Notes: generated by a model from the sequence alone, not told the origin. Numbered from the stretch's first letter, positions 10,701 to 18,945 are shown. The stretch is DNA of 64,000 nt from Verrucomicrobiota bacterium (GCA_016935555.1 JAFGQR010000160.1:3062-67061); one strand, 5' to 3'. Translations and numbers: made by a program.

Positions 10701-13700
10701 GCCGCCTCGAACCTCATCCCGCTGCCGCAACAGGCCGACCCAAACGCCGTCCTCAAACTCGACCTTAAACTGGCCTCGCGCTCCAAGCGGCCCCAGCGCG
10801 TCCTCGCCTCCGCCCCGCGCGTCGCCGCGCCCGTCATGCTCGTCGAATGGAAATTCGAGCCGGACACGCGCCGGCGGCTGGTCTATCGCGCCGGCACGCT
10901 GACGCCCGTCGGCGGTGTGAGCGACGTGTCGGGGTTTGCGACGGTGGCGCGGCTGATGCGCCCGCCGCAGGGCGCGCGTGCGGTTCCGGCGTTGGTGTTC
11001 GGCTTGGCGGGGGTGGTGTTGGCCATCGCGGCGTGGCGCTGGGGCGGGCGACGCGGGGGGTGTCGATACGACGCGCGCCATCTCACCGGCATGGTGGTGG
11101 GGGGGGTGCTGTTTGCGGTGGGGCTGGTGAGTTTGGGCACGCTGGCCAGCCTGGCCGCGCAAGAGGCCCGGACGCTGTCCGGCAGCCTGGCCTTCGTGGC
11201 GCCCGTGCAGCAGGCCAACAGCGAGCTGAGTGTGGACGTCGCCAACCTCGCTCAAACGCCGTCGGCGTTTGCGGTGGCGTGGCGGCTGTGGCCGGTGCTG
11301 GTGGCGCTGCTGGTTTGGGGCTACTCCATCGTCACGGCGCGGACGTGGTTCCGTCCTGTGGGGTGGGTGCTGGGCTGGACGCTCCTGGGCTGGGCCGCGC
11401 TGCGCTGCCCCAACGGCGCCCCTGCGTTTTTCATTGGGCTGGGCGTGCTCGCGATCGTTGCGGTGGCGATCCCGGCCTTGAAACGGCTCTGGCAAATGCC
11501 GCCCCGAACCGCGCCGCCCGCGCCGCCCGCGCCGCCCGCGCCAGAGCCCGGTGCCGGGGCGTCGGCCGTTGCGGTGCTGGTGCTGAGCGGGCTGCTGGGG
11601 CTGGGCCTGACCACCGCGCAGGCTCGGGCAAGCCGCGCCAACACCCAAGCCGCCGTCGCGCCGGCCATCCATGCGCCAGACGCGCGCGTCCAGCCCTCCC
11701 CTGCCCTGCTGCTGGCCGCGGCCGACACCGCGCCGACGACACCAGGGCCGCGCGCGGTGCGGCGTCCGAAGCGGCCGGCGGCGGACAAGCCGGTGCTGGC
11801 GGAGTCGGTGCGGCAACAGTTGCGTGTGGAGGACAAGTTTGCGGTGGGCATGGCGAAGATCCGGTGGCAGGCGGAGCCGGATCAACAGCTGCCGCTGCTG
11901 CGTGAACCCGGCGTGTTGACGCGCGTGGTCTATCCGGCGGAGGCGATGCGGCTGGTCCAGCTGCCGAACGATCCGCGCCGGACGTGCGTGCTGCTGGCGC
12001 AGAAGGCCGGCACGTTCGACCTCGAGGTCCATTACCAAGTGCACGTGACCCGGAAGGATGGGGAAAGCGGCTTTGCGCTGCCCACGCAATACGGCCTCGT
12101 CAACGAGGTCCAGCTCACGCTGGTGGACCTGGACGTGGACGTCGCGTCGCCCGCGGCGGTGTCGACCCAACAGCAGCCGGCCGCAAGCGGCACGAACACG
12201 ATGGCCACGCTGGTGCTCTCGCCCCTCCAGGATGCGTGGATTGGCTGGAAACCGCGCAGCCGGGATGTGCGCCGCGAGAAGGCCGAGTTCTACGCCGAAC
12301 TCTTCCAGCTCTACGCGCCCACCCCGGGCGTCATCGAAGGCCTTCACCTTGCCCATCTCCGACCCGCCCGCGGCGAAGTGGCGGAACTGACTTTTGACGT
12401 GCCCGACGGGGCGACCATCATTGACGTCGTGGACCCGGCTCAACACCGGCCCCCGGCGGACGCCAAGAATTCCCAGGCGCCGGGCACGTCGCTGATTTCC
12501 TTGTGGCGGTTCGATCCGGACACCCGCAAGCTGCGGGTGAGTCTGAGCCCGGCCCAGTCGCGGCCGTTTCAGCTGGCGATCTACTCGCAGCTGGCCACCG
12601 GCCCGCTGCCCTTCTCGCAGTCCGTGGGGCTGATCACCGTCAGCCAGGCGGCCGGCCAGCCGCTGGGGCAGCTGGGCATCGCCACCGGGCCTGAGGTGCA
12701 GCTGGACGACGTGGCCGCCAGCGCGCTGTCCCCCATTCTCCTCGAGGATTTCCCCGCCCCGCCTCTGCAGCTGCTGGGGGCCCGTCTGACCGGGCTGGCC
12801 CTGCGCCGCGCGTTCCGGTATTCGGATTTGAAAGCGACGGTGGCCTTGAAGGCGGCGGCGGTGCAGCCGGATGTGCGGGTGACGACACAGGAAACGCTTT
12901 CGCTGGGGGAGGATCGGGTGGTGCTGGCGGCGAACGTGGGCGTGGCCATCACCCGGGCGGGCATCTTCCGGCTCAGTTTTGTCTTGCCTGCGGGGATGGA
13001 TGTGGAATCGCTGAGCGGCTCCGCGCTGAGCCATTGGACCGAGGCGAAAACCAACCAGGCCCGCCTGATCACCCTTCATCTCAAAGGCAAAACCGAAGGC
13101 GCCCAGCAATTCGCCATCAGCCTGGCCGGGCCCGGCCTGCGCGCGGTGACGAACTGGACGGTGCCGCGGTTTGTCGTGCGGGAAGCCACCAAACAGCGGG
13201 GCCAGCTGATTATTGTGCCGGAGCAGGGCCTGCGGCTCCAGGCGGCCGCGTCGGACGGCGTCGCCGCGTTCGACCCCCAGGAAGCCAGCATTCGGCAGAA
13301 GGGGGTGCTGGCATTTCGTTTGCAGCAGGTGCCATGGAGCCTGGCGCTGAACATCGAACAGGTGCCGCCCTGGATCCAGGTCGCCAGCCTCCAGCATGTC
13401 CTCGTCAGCGAAGCGCAGATGAAGGTCAGCGCCAATCTTCATTACCAGATCGAAAACACCGGCCTCAAGCTGCTCCATGTGCGCCTGCCCACCAACGCCG
13501 AGAGCGTCCTGTTCAAGGGCGAGCAGCTGTCCGATTTCCTCCGGAGCACCCACGCGCCCGCAGATGGCGCCCAGGAGTGGGAGGTCAAGTTGCACCGCCG
13601 TGTCATCGGCAAATACGCCCTGCAGGTCAGTTACCAGGTGGCCGTTCCCGAACAGGCGACCCACACCGTCGTGCGCGGCCCGCAGGCCGCCGATGCGGAT

Positions 13701-15002
13701 CTGCACCGTGGATTTCTCACGCTGCAATCCGGCGACCGCCTGCAGATCCGGGCCGGCGCGGTGCCGCTCGCGTTGCAGCCGACGGAATGGCAATCCATCC
13801 CGCGGGCATTGCTGCAGGATCTCCCGGCCACCGCGGCGCACCTCGCGTTCCGGCTGGTGGATCCGGCGTTTGCGCTGGCGCTCCAGATCGAGCGCCACGA
13901 AGCCGCCAAACTGCTGCCCGCCCGCGTCAACAGCACCACCCTCACCTCGGTCATTTCCGACGACGGCGTCATGCTCACGCATGTTCAGATGGCGATGCTG
14001 CCGGGCGACAAGCGGCTGCTCCACCTCACCCTCCCCGCGAACGCCCAGTTCTGGTTCGCCTTCGTCAACCAAAACGGCGTCTGGCCCTGGACCACCGCCA
14101 CCAACATCCTGATCCCCCTCGAACAACAGTCACGCGCCGCCGGTCCCATGGCCGTCGAGTTCTTCTACAGCAGCCGCATCGGCGCTGCCCGCAGCCGCTC
14201 CCTCAACCTCGAGCTGCTCGGCCCCAAGTTCGATCTGCCCATCGAAAACATCGCCTGGCGCGTCTACCTGAACGAAAAGTGGAAGCTGGCCGACTGGGAC
14301 GGCACGCTCCAACTCCAGGAAGACCGGGGCGTGGCGCGGCCGGGCGTGGCCAACGTGGAAACTTACCTCGCCACCGAAGCGAGCTTGAAACAAGAGAAGA
14401 CCAGGGAGGCCGAACAGATGCTCGCCATGGGCAACTCGTGGCTCAAGCGCGGCGACCCGCAGCAGGCCCGGCGCGCGTTCCAGGCCGCTTACGGGCTGTC
14501 GACGCACGACGACGCCTTCAACGAGGACGCCCGGGTGCAACTCCACAACCTGAAGCTCCAACAGGCGCTCATGGGGTTGAACCTGCGCCAAGCCACGGTC
14601 GCCGGCGAAACCGATGCCGCCGGAAGCAAACTCCGCGACTTGCGCGGGCGCAAAGGCAGTGCGTACACCCAGCAGGAAGCCCGGCAGATCATCGACAGCC
14701 GGTCTGCCGAGGAAAACGCGGCGTTCATGCGCCTCGCCGAACGCCTCGTCCAGCAACAGGACGCCGCCGTCGCCAGCGCCACCGCCATCCGCGCCAACAT
14801 TCCCCAGCAGGGCCGGCTCCTGACCTTCCGCCGCACCGTCCAAGTCAACCCCTGGGCCGACATGCGCATCGCCCTCGAAGCCCATGCCGTCCAGCCCGCC
14901 TCCCTCGGCCTGCGGTTCCTCGTCCTGACCGCCACGTTCGCCCTCTTGGGATTCGTCGCCTGGGTCATGCGCCTGGGCCAGGCACGGCGCGAGAATCCTT
15001 GA
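7722..15002 (+). CDS. Giant (~2,400 aa) membrane-spanning protein of unknown function built from two paralogous halves
   Basis: ORF 7521..15002. The first 200 nt are lower-GC and contain the REP element. The in-frame GTG at 7722 gives a signal-like N-terminus (GRGGTRPYQALASWLLGCVLAFSPAAPAAEA). The start is uncertain; ATG 7587 is an alternative. A central cluster of hydrophobic helices lies at about 10,960-11,480, followed by a Pro-rich hinge and a second ectodomain. The C-terminus has a TPR-like stretch (AEQMLAMGNSWLKRGDPQQARRAFQAAY) and a terminal TM (LRFLVLTATFALLGFVAWVM). I recognise no named family. Confidence 0.75.
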   Translation: MGRGGTRPYQALASWLLGCVLAFSPAAPAAEAPAVSAAELTDVSLDGSLTNGRARLVIQALLKNLPEDKKKLVYVGAFQHLIRVAREKLTHQISATFDILQGEPEEIVLTLTGEGTIKSVTGTNLLFWNVRQETNQTRSLVLVPMKTGKPLKEFAVAIVADTDLEALPVSVTPLGWAAPHAALFKGFVRVLAPAAFAVEGGQAKGLVQVDLEYLPAAMQAAAGPAEPEPLAFRFQGGAYALPLRVARADPDARQVVLRDFKLVGRLSDSNAAFTLTATVRVNPPEGGTLELLSGNVALREVESGAHWRLKFDNGRFTLVADQAGEFPLRLRFDAAVRQNAGWNRVDFRLAPSALQPVVLQGLKPDTQFQMAGAAKPERLGSEFATHLSPDGHANWSWKETRPEAEGKLFYSAEMLCQISVSPGLMRQVALLEGKVMQGELTRLVLGLRGDGQVTRVQGDQVLSWNVEPVPNSADRRLAVQFNQPQKDKFAFQVQLQTPLGAFPQTFGAVQWRPENAVRFAGYYRIVNEGAVRLEVAQAIGLSQISPEQFPESAATKAVLGTQASQRFAFRFSSVDCQLRIQADNILPELSVSEVLAYHLGDTEQTIEAELELDIREAPLRELLLLVPKGYVLARLTVPGLNDYFLTEPEGAETAQLRLVYGQPTIGRQVLQLRLERNKPHADPTWLLPRVEVSSVKSTRGQLGVSAAVGYRLAAESTQGLTEVATAFFPRKVAGLQAAFRLSDAAWQATLRIERLPQSVQADVFHLFSIGEGIAYGSSTMNYVISGAPIALFKVELSGESLPASVEFTGKDIRNWQKVAGGYEVQLHTPVTGTYTLLASYERPFKAQGDTLTFTGARPSDAQTEQGHTIVVSAYQFQVRPASVSAGLLPLDPGEVPAEYRLFFDAPILAAYRYTSRPFNLQLALSPLTQGETLSQVVDRAALATRISKEGEVLTDVTYYVKNRGQPHFRMTLPAGTELWDTLVNGLKVIPARDAASNLIPLPQQADPNAVLKLDLKLASRSKRPQRVLASAPRVAAPVMLVEWKFEPDTRRRLVYRAGTLTPVGGVSDVSGFATVARLMRPPQGARAVPALVFGLAGVVLAIAAWRWGGRRGGCRYDARHLTGMVVGGVLFAVGLVSLGTLASLAAQEARTLSGSLAFVAPVQQANSELSVDVANLAQTPSAFAVAWRLWPVLVALLVWGYSIVTARTWFRPVGWVLGWTLLGWAALRCPNGAPAFFIGLGVLAIVAVAIPALKRLWQMPPRTAPPAPPAPPAPEPGAGASAVAVLVLSGLLGLGLTTAQARASRANTQAAVAPAIHAPDARVQPSPALLLAAADTAPTTPGPRAVRRPKRPAADKPVLAESVRQQLRVEDKFAVGMAKIRWQAEPDQQLPLLREPGVLTRVVYPAEAMRLVQLPNDPRRTCVLLAQKAGTFDLEVHYQVHVTRKDGESGFALPTQYGLVNEVQLTLVDLDVDVASPAAVSTQQQPAASGTNTMATLVLSPLQDAWIGWKPRSRDVRREKAEFYAELFQLYAPTPGVIEGLHLAHLRPARGEVAELTFDVPDGATIIDVVDPAQHRPPADAKNSQAPGTSLISLWRFDPDTRKLRVSLSPAQSRPFQLAIYSQLATGPLPFSQSVGLITVSQAAGQPLGQLGIATGPEVQLDDVAASALSPILLEDFPAPPLQLLGARLTGLALRRAFRYSDLKATVALKAAAVQPDVRVTTQETLSLGEDRVVLAANVGVAITRAGIFRLSFVLPAGMDVESLSGSALSHWTEAKTNQARLITLHLKGKTEGAQQFAISLAGPGLRAVTNWTVPRFVVREATKQRGQLIIVPEQGLRLQAAASDGVAAFDPQEASIRQKGVLAFRLQQVPWSLALNIEQVPPWIQVASLQHVLVSEAQMKVSANLHYQIENTGLKLLHVRLPTNAESVLFKGEQLSDFLRSTHAPADGAQEWEVKLHRRVIGKYALQVSYQVAVPEQATHTVVRGPQAADADLHRGFLTLQSGDRLQIRAGAVPLALQPTEWQSIPRALLQDLPATAAHLAFRLVDPAFALALQIERHEAAKLLPARVNSTTLTSVISDDGVMLTHVQMAMLPGDKRLLHLTLPANAQFWFAFVNQNGVWPWTTATNILIPLEQQSRAAGPMAVEFFYSSRIGAARSRSLNLELLGPKFDLPIENIAWRVYLNEKWKLADWDGTLQLQEDRGVARPGVANVETYLATEASLKQEKTREAEQMLAMGNSWLKRGDPQQARRAFQAAYGLSTHDDAFNEDARVQLHNLKLQQALMGLNLRQATVAGETDAAGSKLRDLRGRKGSAYTQQEARQIIDSRSAEENAAFMRLAERLVQQQDAAVASATAIRANIPQQGRLLTFRRTVQVNPWADMRIALEAHAVQPASLGLRFLVLTATFALLGFVAWVMRLGQARRENP
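11511..11543 (+). repeat. 9-bp tandem repeat (GCGCCGCCC x ~3.6) encoding APPAPPAPPAP at the hinge between the two halves of the giant protein
   Basis: Read directly: gcgccgccc gcgccgccc gcgccgccc gcgcca. Confidence 0.8.
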
Positions 15003-15047
15003 GCCCGGAAACTCGTGGGCTGCGGATCACGCTCGTGCTCGGCGTTA

Positions 15048-17189
15048 CTATGGGGATGACGTCCGCGCGGCCGGCGGTGGCGTGTCGAGGCGGGGCAGAG
15101 GAAAGGGGGGCTGTTCGACGAGGGAACGCAGCCTGAGCTGGTTGGTGGTGTGGCCGCCGGTTTCCAGGAAGAACCAGCCGTCCTGCAAGCCGGCGTTGAT
15201 GGTGTCTTGGGCCTCCCAGGACGAGGTCGATGCGGTGAAGCGCGCGCGCAGCAGGGGGACCCAGTCGCCGGCGGTGGAGTTGACCCAGGCGTTGCCGAAT
15301 CGGGCGCGGCGGCGCTGCTGCGCACTGCGGGTGTCGCGCCGGAAATCCTCGATAAAGGAGTAATACCCCTTCAGCGGCTGCCCGCCGGTGCGGGTTCGGA
15401 ACGTGACCAGATGCCTCCACTGCCGGGCCGCGTGCATCCACACGTATCCGGCGTAGGCCGTCGTGTTGCCCTGGACCGCGCCGCGCACGAGGAAACGGTT
15501 GGTCTGGCCCAGCTGCCAGTCGAAATCGCCCATGCACTGCCCGCCAGTCCCCTCGCCGCCAAAACGCCGGATTCGCATCTCCGGATCGCTGTGCAGACAC
15601 TCGACACGGTCCTCGGGCTTGACCGCCGCCGGGTTGTCGCCGCGGGTGGGATCCCAGACCGAGAACAAAATGACCTTCCGGCCGTTGCCCAATTCCTGGA
15701 TCCCAAAATAACCTGTGTTCCAGCCGGCGGCCATGAAGTAGCTGCCGGGCACGGACTCGTCGACGGCCATTGCGGTGTGAAACCACTCGCCTTCGGGGCC
15801 CTGCCAGCCCCAATGCACGGAGCGCGCCGCGCGCGGGGCGGCGGGCGGCGCGGCGGCCGATGCCGCCCCGGCCGGCGCCATAACCAGGGCCGCGGCCAGC
15901 GCCACCTTTGCTCCCGAGCCGAGCAGCGCCTTGAGCCACTGCCAGACGGCTCGCATGCCCCTGACGATGGCGGCATCCCGCACGTCGCCAAGGCCGAGCG
16001 ACTCTGTCACGGCGCGTTCATGGGTGCGGTACCGCGGCGGCAGCAGGACCAGCGACCGGTGCTTGCCGCCGTCGTCCTGAATCACCCCCGGATTCAACAG
16101 GCCCCGTTCCATCACATACGGTCCGGATGGCAGGATGGCGGTGCGCGCGGGCAGGACCATCCAGGGGCGGTAGCGAAGCGTGAGCCGGTCCTGGCCCGGG
16201 GTGAGGCGGCCATAGGTGCGGACCGGGACCGTGCCGAGTTTGCGGGCGGTGAAGGCCCATGTGCGGCCGGGTTTCGGCGCAAACCGCTTGTGGCGCAGCG
16301 TCAGCAGGTCGAACGCGAACACGCTGCCGAACACGGTGAGCCGAAAGGACCAGCCGGCAAGAAAATACGCGGCCACCACCAGCACCACCGACCACGCCGC
16401 CCCCACATACGGATCGGCGAAGGCCGTTGCGGCCACGGTGGACAGCAGGAAAAAGCGCGCCGATTTGAGCGCCGCATCGAGCGTGGCGAAGGGGCTGATG
16501 ACGATCAGCACATTGACCACATGCGACGCCATCCACACCAGCCCGAAACACGCGATCGCCACCGGCACCGTCAGCAGGTTCACCAGGCTCCGCGGGTCGG
16601 CCATCGCCAGACCTGCACCCGGAAACCACGCGCCCTCGGAGGACACGGCCTGGAAAACGGTCGCCACCAGCGGCACAAAGGCGCCGGCCACAATCAGGCC
16701 GCTGAGCTTGTTCTCGAACAGCTCGATCGCGTCCATGGGCTTCTTCAAGGCCAGCGGCACCGCGGGCCCCATGACATCCTTCGCAAAACACACCCCCACC
16801 ACCAGCAGCCCCGGAATCCAAAACCACGGCCGCCCATACCACGGCACCCGCGCCCGCTCTTCGGGAGCGGCGCGCAGGTAGGTCCATGCACCCACGGCGC
16901 TGACACCCAAGAGCGGCGAGATGGCGACACCCGTGATGGTGGAAATCGCCTGGGCGGCTTGCACGCCTGGACTCGGCCGGGCCGCGGACGGCTCCGTCAC
17001 GGAGGACGTCTCTGTGATCGGCGACGGTGTCGTGGAGGGTGCGGCGGACGCGGCCCGGGCGGGGAGGCCCACGCCGGCGATCCACAGCATCGTCAGGACG
17101 GTCAATGTTCTCACAAGCCGCAAGCTGGCGGGCGGCGGGGGTGCTGTAAAGGCCGAAATGGGCGACTGCAGCGGCGCAATGCACTTCAT
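15048..17189 (-). CDS. Polytopic membrane domain fused to a C-terminal DUF3472-like domain
   Basis: 713 aa, ATG at 17189. The N-terminal half has multiple hydrophobic helices (e.g. FWIPGLLVVGVCFA, LIVAGAFVPLVATVF, LLTVPVAIACFGLVWMASHVV, WSVVLVVAAYFLAGW). An internal signal-like segment follows (MRAVWQWLKALLGSGAKVALAAALVMAPAGAASAAA). The C-terminal domain reads SYFMAAGWNTGYFGIQELGNGRKVILFSVWDP...GGEGTGGQCMGDFDW...YYSFIEDF, which I recognise as DUF3472-like. Confidence 0.8.
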   Translation of the reverse strand: MKCIAPLQSPISAFTAPPPPASLRLVRTLTVLTMLWIAGVGLPARAASAAPSTTPSPITETSSVTEPSAARPSPGVQAAQAISTITGVAISPLLGVSAVGAWTYLRAAPEERARVPWYGRPWFWIPGLLVVGVCFAKDVMGPAVPLALKKPMDAIELFENKLSGLIVAGAFVPLVATVFQAVSSEGAWFPGAGLAMADPRSLVNLLTVPVAIACFGLVWMASHVVNVLIVISPFATLDAALKSARFFLLSTVAATAFADPYVGAAWSVVLVVAAYFLAGWSFRLTVFGSVFAFDLLTLRHKRFAPKPGRTWAFTARKLGTVPVRTYGRLTPGQDRLTLRYRPWMVLPARTAILPSGPYVMERGLLNPGVIQDDGGKHRSLVLLPPRYRTHERAVTESLGLGDVRDAAIVRGMRAVWQWLKALLGSGAKVALAAALVMAPAGAASAAAPPAAPRAARSVHWGWQGPEGEWFHTAMAVDESVPGSYFMAAGWNTGYFGIQELGNGRKVILFSVWDPTRGDNPAAVKPEDRVECLHSDPEMRIRRFGGEGTGGQCMGDFDWQLGQTNRFLVRGAVQGNTTAYAGYVWMHAARQWRHLVTFRTRTGGQPLKGYYSFIEDFRRDTRSAQQRRRARFGNAWVNSTAGDWVPLLRARFTASTSSWEAQDTINAGLQDGWFFLETGGHTTNQLRLRSLVEQPPFPLPRLDTPPPAARTSSP

Positions 17190-17320
17190 CGCCGTAACCG
17201 CTTGGGCGCGTTCCGGTCCGCCCCGCGAACGCCGCCTCCTGCCACGAGACGTTGGGAACCGCAGATTGCTGGGGGGCGCGGGCGGACGCGGTGCGGCTCG
17301 CCGGGGAAATCACGTGGGGC

Positions 17321-18094
17321 TCAGGGATGCAGGCGCGGCGGGAACAGGGGTGTGTCGGCCAGGCGCATCATGGCCAGGCGATAAAGCACCGCCGTCTTCA
17401 GGCAGCCCCAGCCGTAAGCCAGGCTGCGGCGGAAGTTGATCGACGAGGCTTCGGGAAAGTAGCGGGTGGGGCAGGTGACCTCGCCGAGGGTGTAGCCGAA
17501 CCACAGCACCTGCAGCAGCACCTCGTTGTCGAAAACGAAATCGTCCGAATTCTGATCCAGCGGCAGTCGTTCCAGGATGTCGCGGGAGAAGGCCCTGTAG
17601 CCGGTGTGGTATTCGGACAATTTGGCGCCGGTCAGGAGGTTTTCGACAAGGGTCAGCGCCCGGTTGGCGGCATATTTCCACCAGGGCATGCCGCCTTGCA
17701 GGGCGTAGCCACCCAGGATGCGCGAGGCGAGCACACACGGGTAAAGCCCCTGCTCGATCAGGGACACCATCACGGGAAGCAGTTTTGGGGTGTATTGGTA
17801 GTCGGGGTGAATCATGACCACGATGTCGGCGCCGGCGTCGAGGGCCAGGCGGTAGCACGTCTTCTGGTTGGCCCCGTAGCCGAGGTTGCGGTCGTGGCGG
17901 TGGACGTCGACCCGCGGCAACTGCCGCGCGATGGCGAGGGTGGCGTCCTGGCTGGCGTCATCCACGAGGATGATCCGATCGACGAACTCGTGCGCCGCCA
18001 CCTCCTCGTAGGTGCGCATCAGGGTGCGGGCGGCGTTGTAGGCCGGCATCACCACCACCACGTTCTTTCCGTTCAACATCGCAACAGGCACCAC
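17321..18094 (-). CDS. Family 2 glycosyltransferase (Dpm1/polyprenyl-phosphate glycosyltransferase-like)
   Basis: VVVVMPAYNAARTL...ILVDDASQDATL...NLGYGANQKTCY...ADIVVMIHPDYQY. The listed start at 18094 is GTG; ATG at 18079 is an alternative start. Confidence 0.9.
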   Translation of the reverse strand: MVPVAMLNGKNVVVVMPAYNAARTLMRTYEEVAAHEFVDRIILVDDASQDATLAIARQLPRVDVHRHDRNLGYGANQKTCYRLALDAGADIVVMIHPDYQYTPKLLPVMVSLIEQGLYPCVLASRILGGYALQGGMPWWKYAANRALTLVENLLTGAKLSEYHTGYRAFSRDILERLPLDQNSDDFVFDNEVLLQVLWFGYTLGEVTCPTRYFPEASSINFRRSLAYGWGCLKTAVLYRLAMMRLADTPLFPPRLHP

Positions 18095-18177
18095 GGCACC
18101 TCGTCAGCCCGCGGACGTCCTTCCTTCTAACGCACCGGCGCGCCGCGGGCCAGCACTATTGCCGCCGAAACCAACAT

Positions 18178-18858
18178 TTGTCGCTGGACGCCCCCGCCCG
18201 GCGCTCTACTGTGGCGCCCGTGAACACCGTGGCCCTGCTCGATTACGGCTCCGGCAACCTGCGCAGCGTCGAAAAAGCCCTGCGCCATGTCGGCGCCACC
18301 GTGCGCATTGTGACCCGCCCCGAAGCGCTGCGCGAGGCGCGCGCCGCCGTGCTGCCGGGCGTCGGCGCCTTCGACGATTGTGTCCAGGCCCTGCGGCGCC
18401 AGGACCTGTTCGACGCACTCAAGACCTTCATCGGGTCCGGACGGCCGTTCCTGGGGATTTGCATTGGCTACCAGGCGCTGTTTGAACGCAGCGAGGAATT
18501 CAACAGCCGCGCCCCGGGCCTTGCGCTGTTTCCCGGCCGCGTCGTCCGGTTCACCGAGCGCCCCGGCCTGAAAATTCCCCAGATCGGCTGGAACCAACTC
18601 GACATCGCACAGCCCGAGTGCCCCCTTTACTGGCACATCCCCAACCACAGCCACGTCTATTTCGTCCACAGCTTCTACCCCCGCACGACTGACCCCTCCC
18701 TCGTCGCCACCTGGACCGACCACGGCGACGTGTTCGCGTCGTCGGTTTGGAAGGACAACGTGTATGCCACACAGTTTCATCCCGAAAAAAGCCAGCGCGT
18801 GGGCCTGCAGCTGCTGCGCAACTTCGTCGCCCTCGCCGGCCCCGGCATCCTCCGCTGA
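18178..18858 (+). CDS. hisH: Imidazole glycerol phosphate synthase, glutamine amidotransferase subunit
   Basis: VALLDYGSGNLRSVEKAL, PGVGAF, the catalytic-Cys motif LGICIGYQAL, FVHSFY and ATQFHPEKS. The listed start is TTG; the in-frame GTG at 18220 (VNTVALLDYG) would give a typical length. Confidence 0.9.
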   Translation: MSLDAPARRSTVAPVNTVALLDYGSGNLRSVEKALRHVGATVRIVTRPEALREARAAVLPGVGAFDDCVQALRRQDLFDALKTFIGSGRPFLGICIGYQALFERSEEFNSRAPGLALFPGRVVRFTERPGLKIPQIGWNQLDIAQPECPLYWHIPNHSHVYFVHSFYPRTTDPSLVATWTDHGDVFASSVWKDNVYATQFHPEKSQRVGLQLLRNFVALAGPGILR

Positions 18859-18877
18859 CCACGGCAGAGTTTCTTGC

Positions 18878-18937
18878 CAGGTTCCCAACCCGCCGAGCTG
18901 CACATTCCAACCACAACATGTTGTCGTTGGGAACCTG
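18878..18937. terminator. Nested inverted repeat between convergent genes (possible bidirectional terminator)
   Basis: CAGGTTCCCAAC (18878-18889) is the perfect reverse complement of GTTGGGAACCTG (18926-18937). A 12-bp perfect palindrome, ACAACATGTTGT (18913-18924), lies in the loop. There is no U-tract, so the terminator call is tentative. Confidence 0.4.
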
Positions 18938-18945
18938 ACAGGAAA

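Noticed and set aside
10422-14126. 1,234-aa minus-strand ORF antisense to the giant membrane protein gene
   Set aside because: Its composition (runs of R, G, P, H, Q) and lack of any motif mark it as a GC-rich shadow ORF. The + strand product has coherent domain repeats and TM helices.
15150-17384. 744-aa + strand ORF
   Set aside because: It is antisense to the membrane/DUF3472 gene. Its translation is Arg/Gly/His/Pro-rich without motifs.
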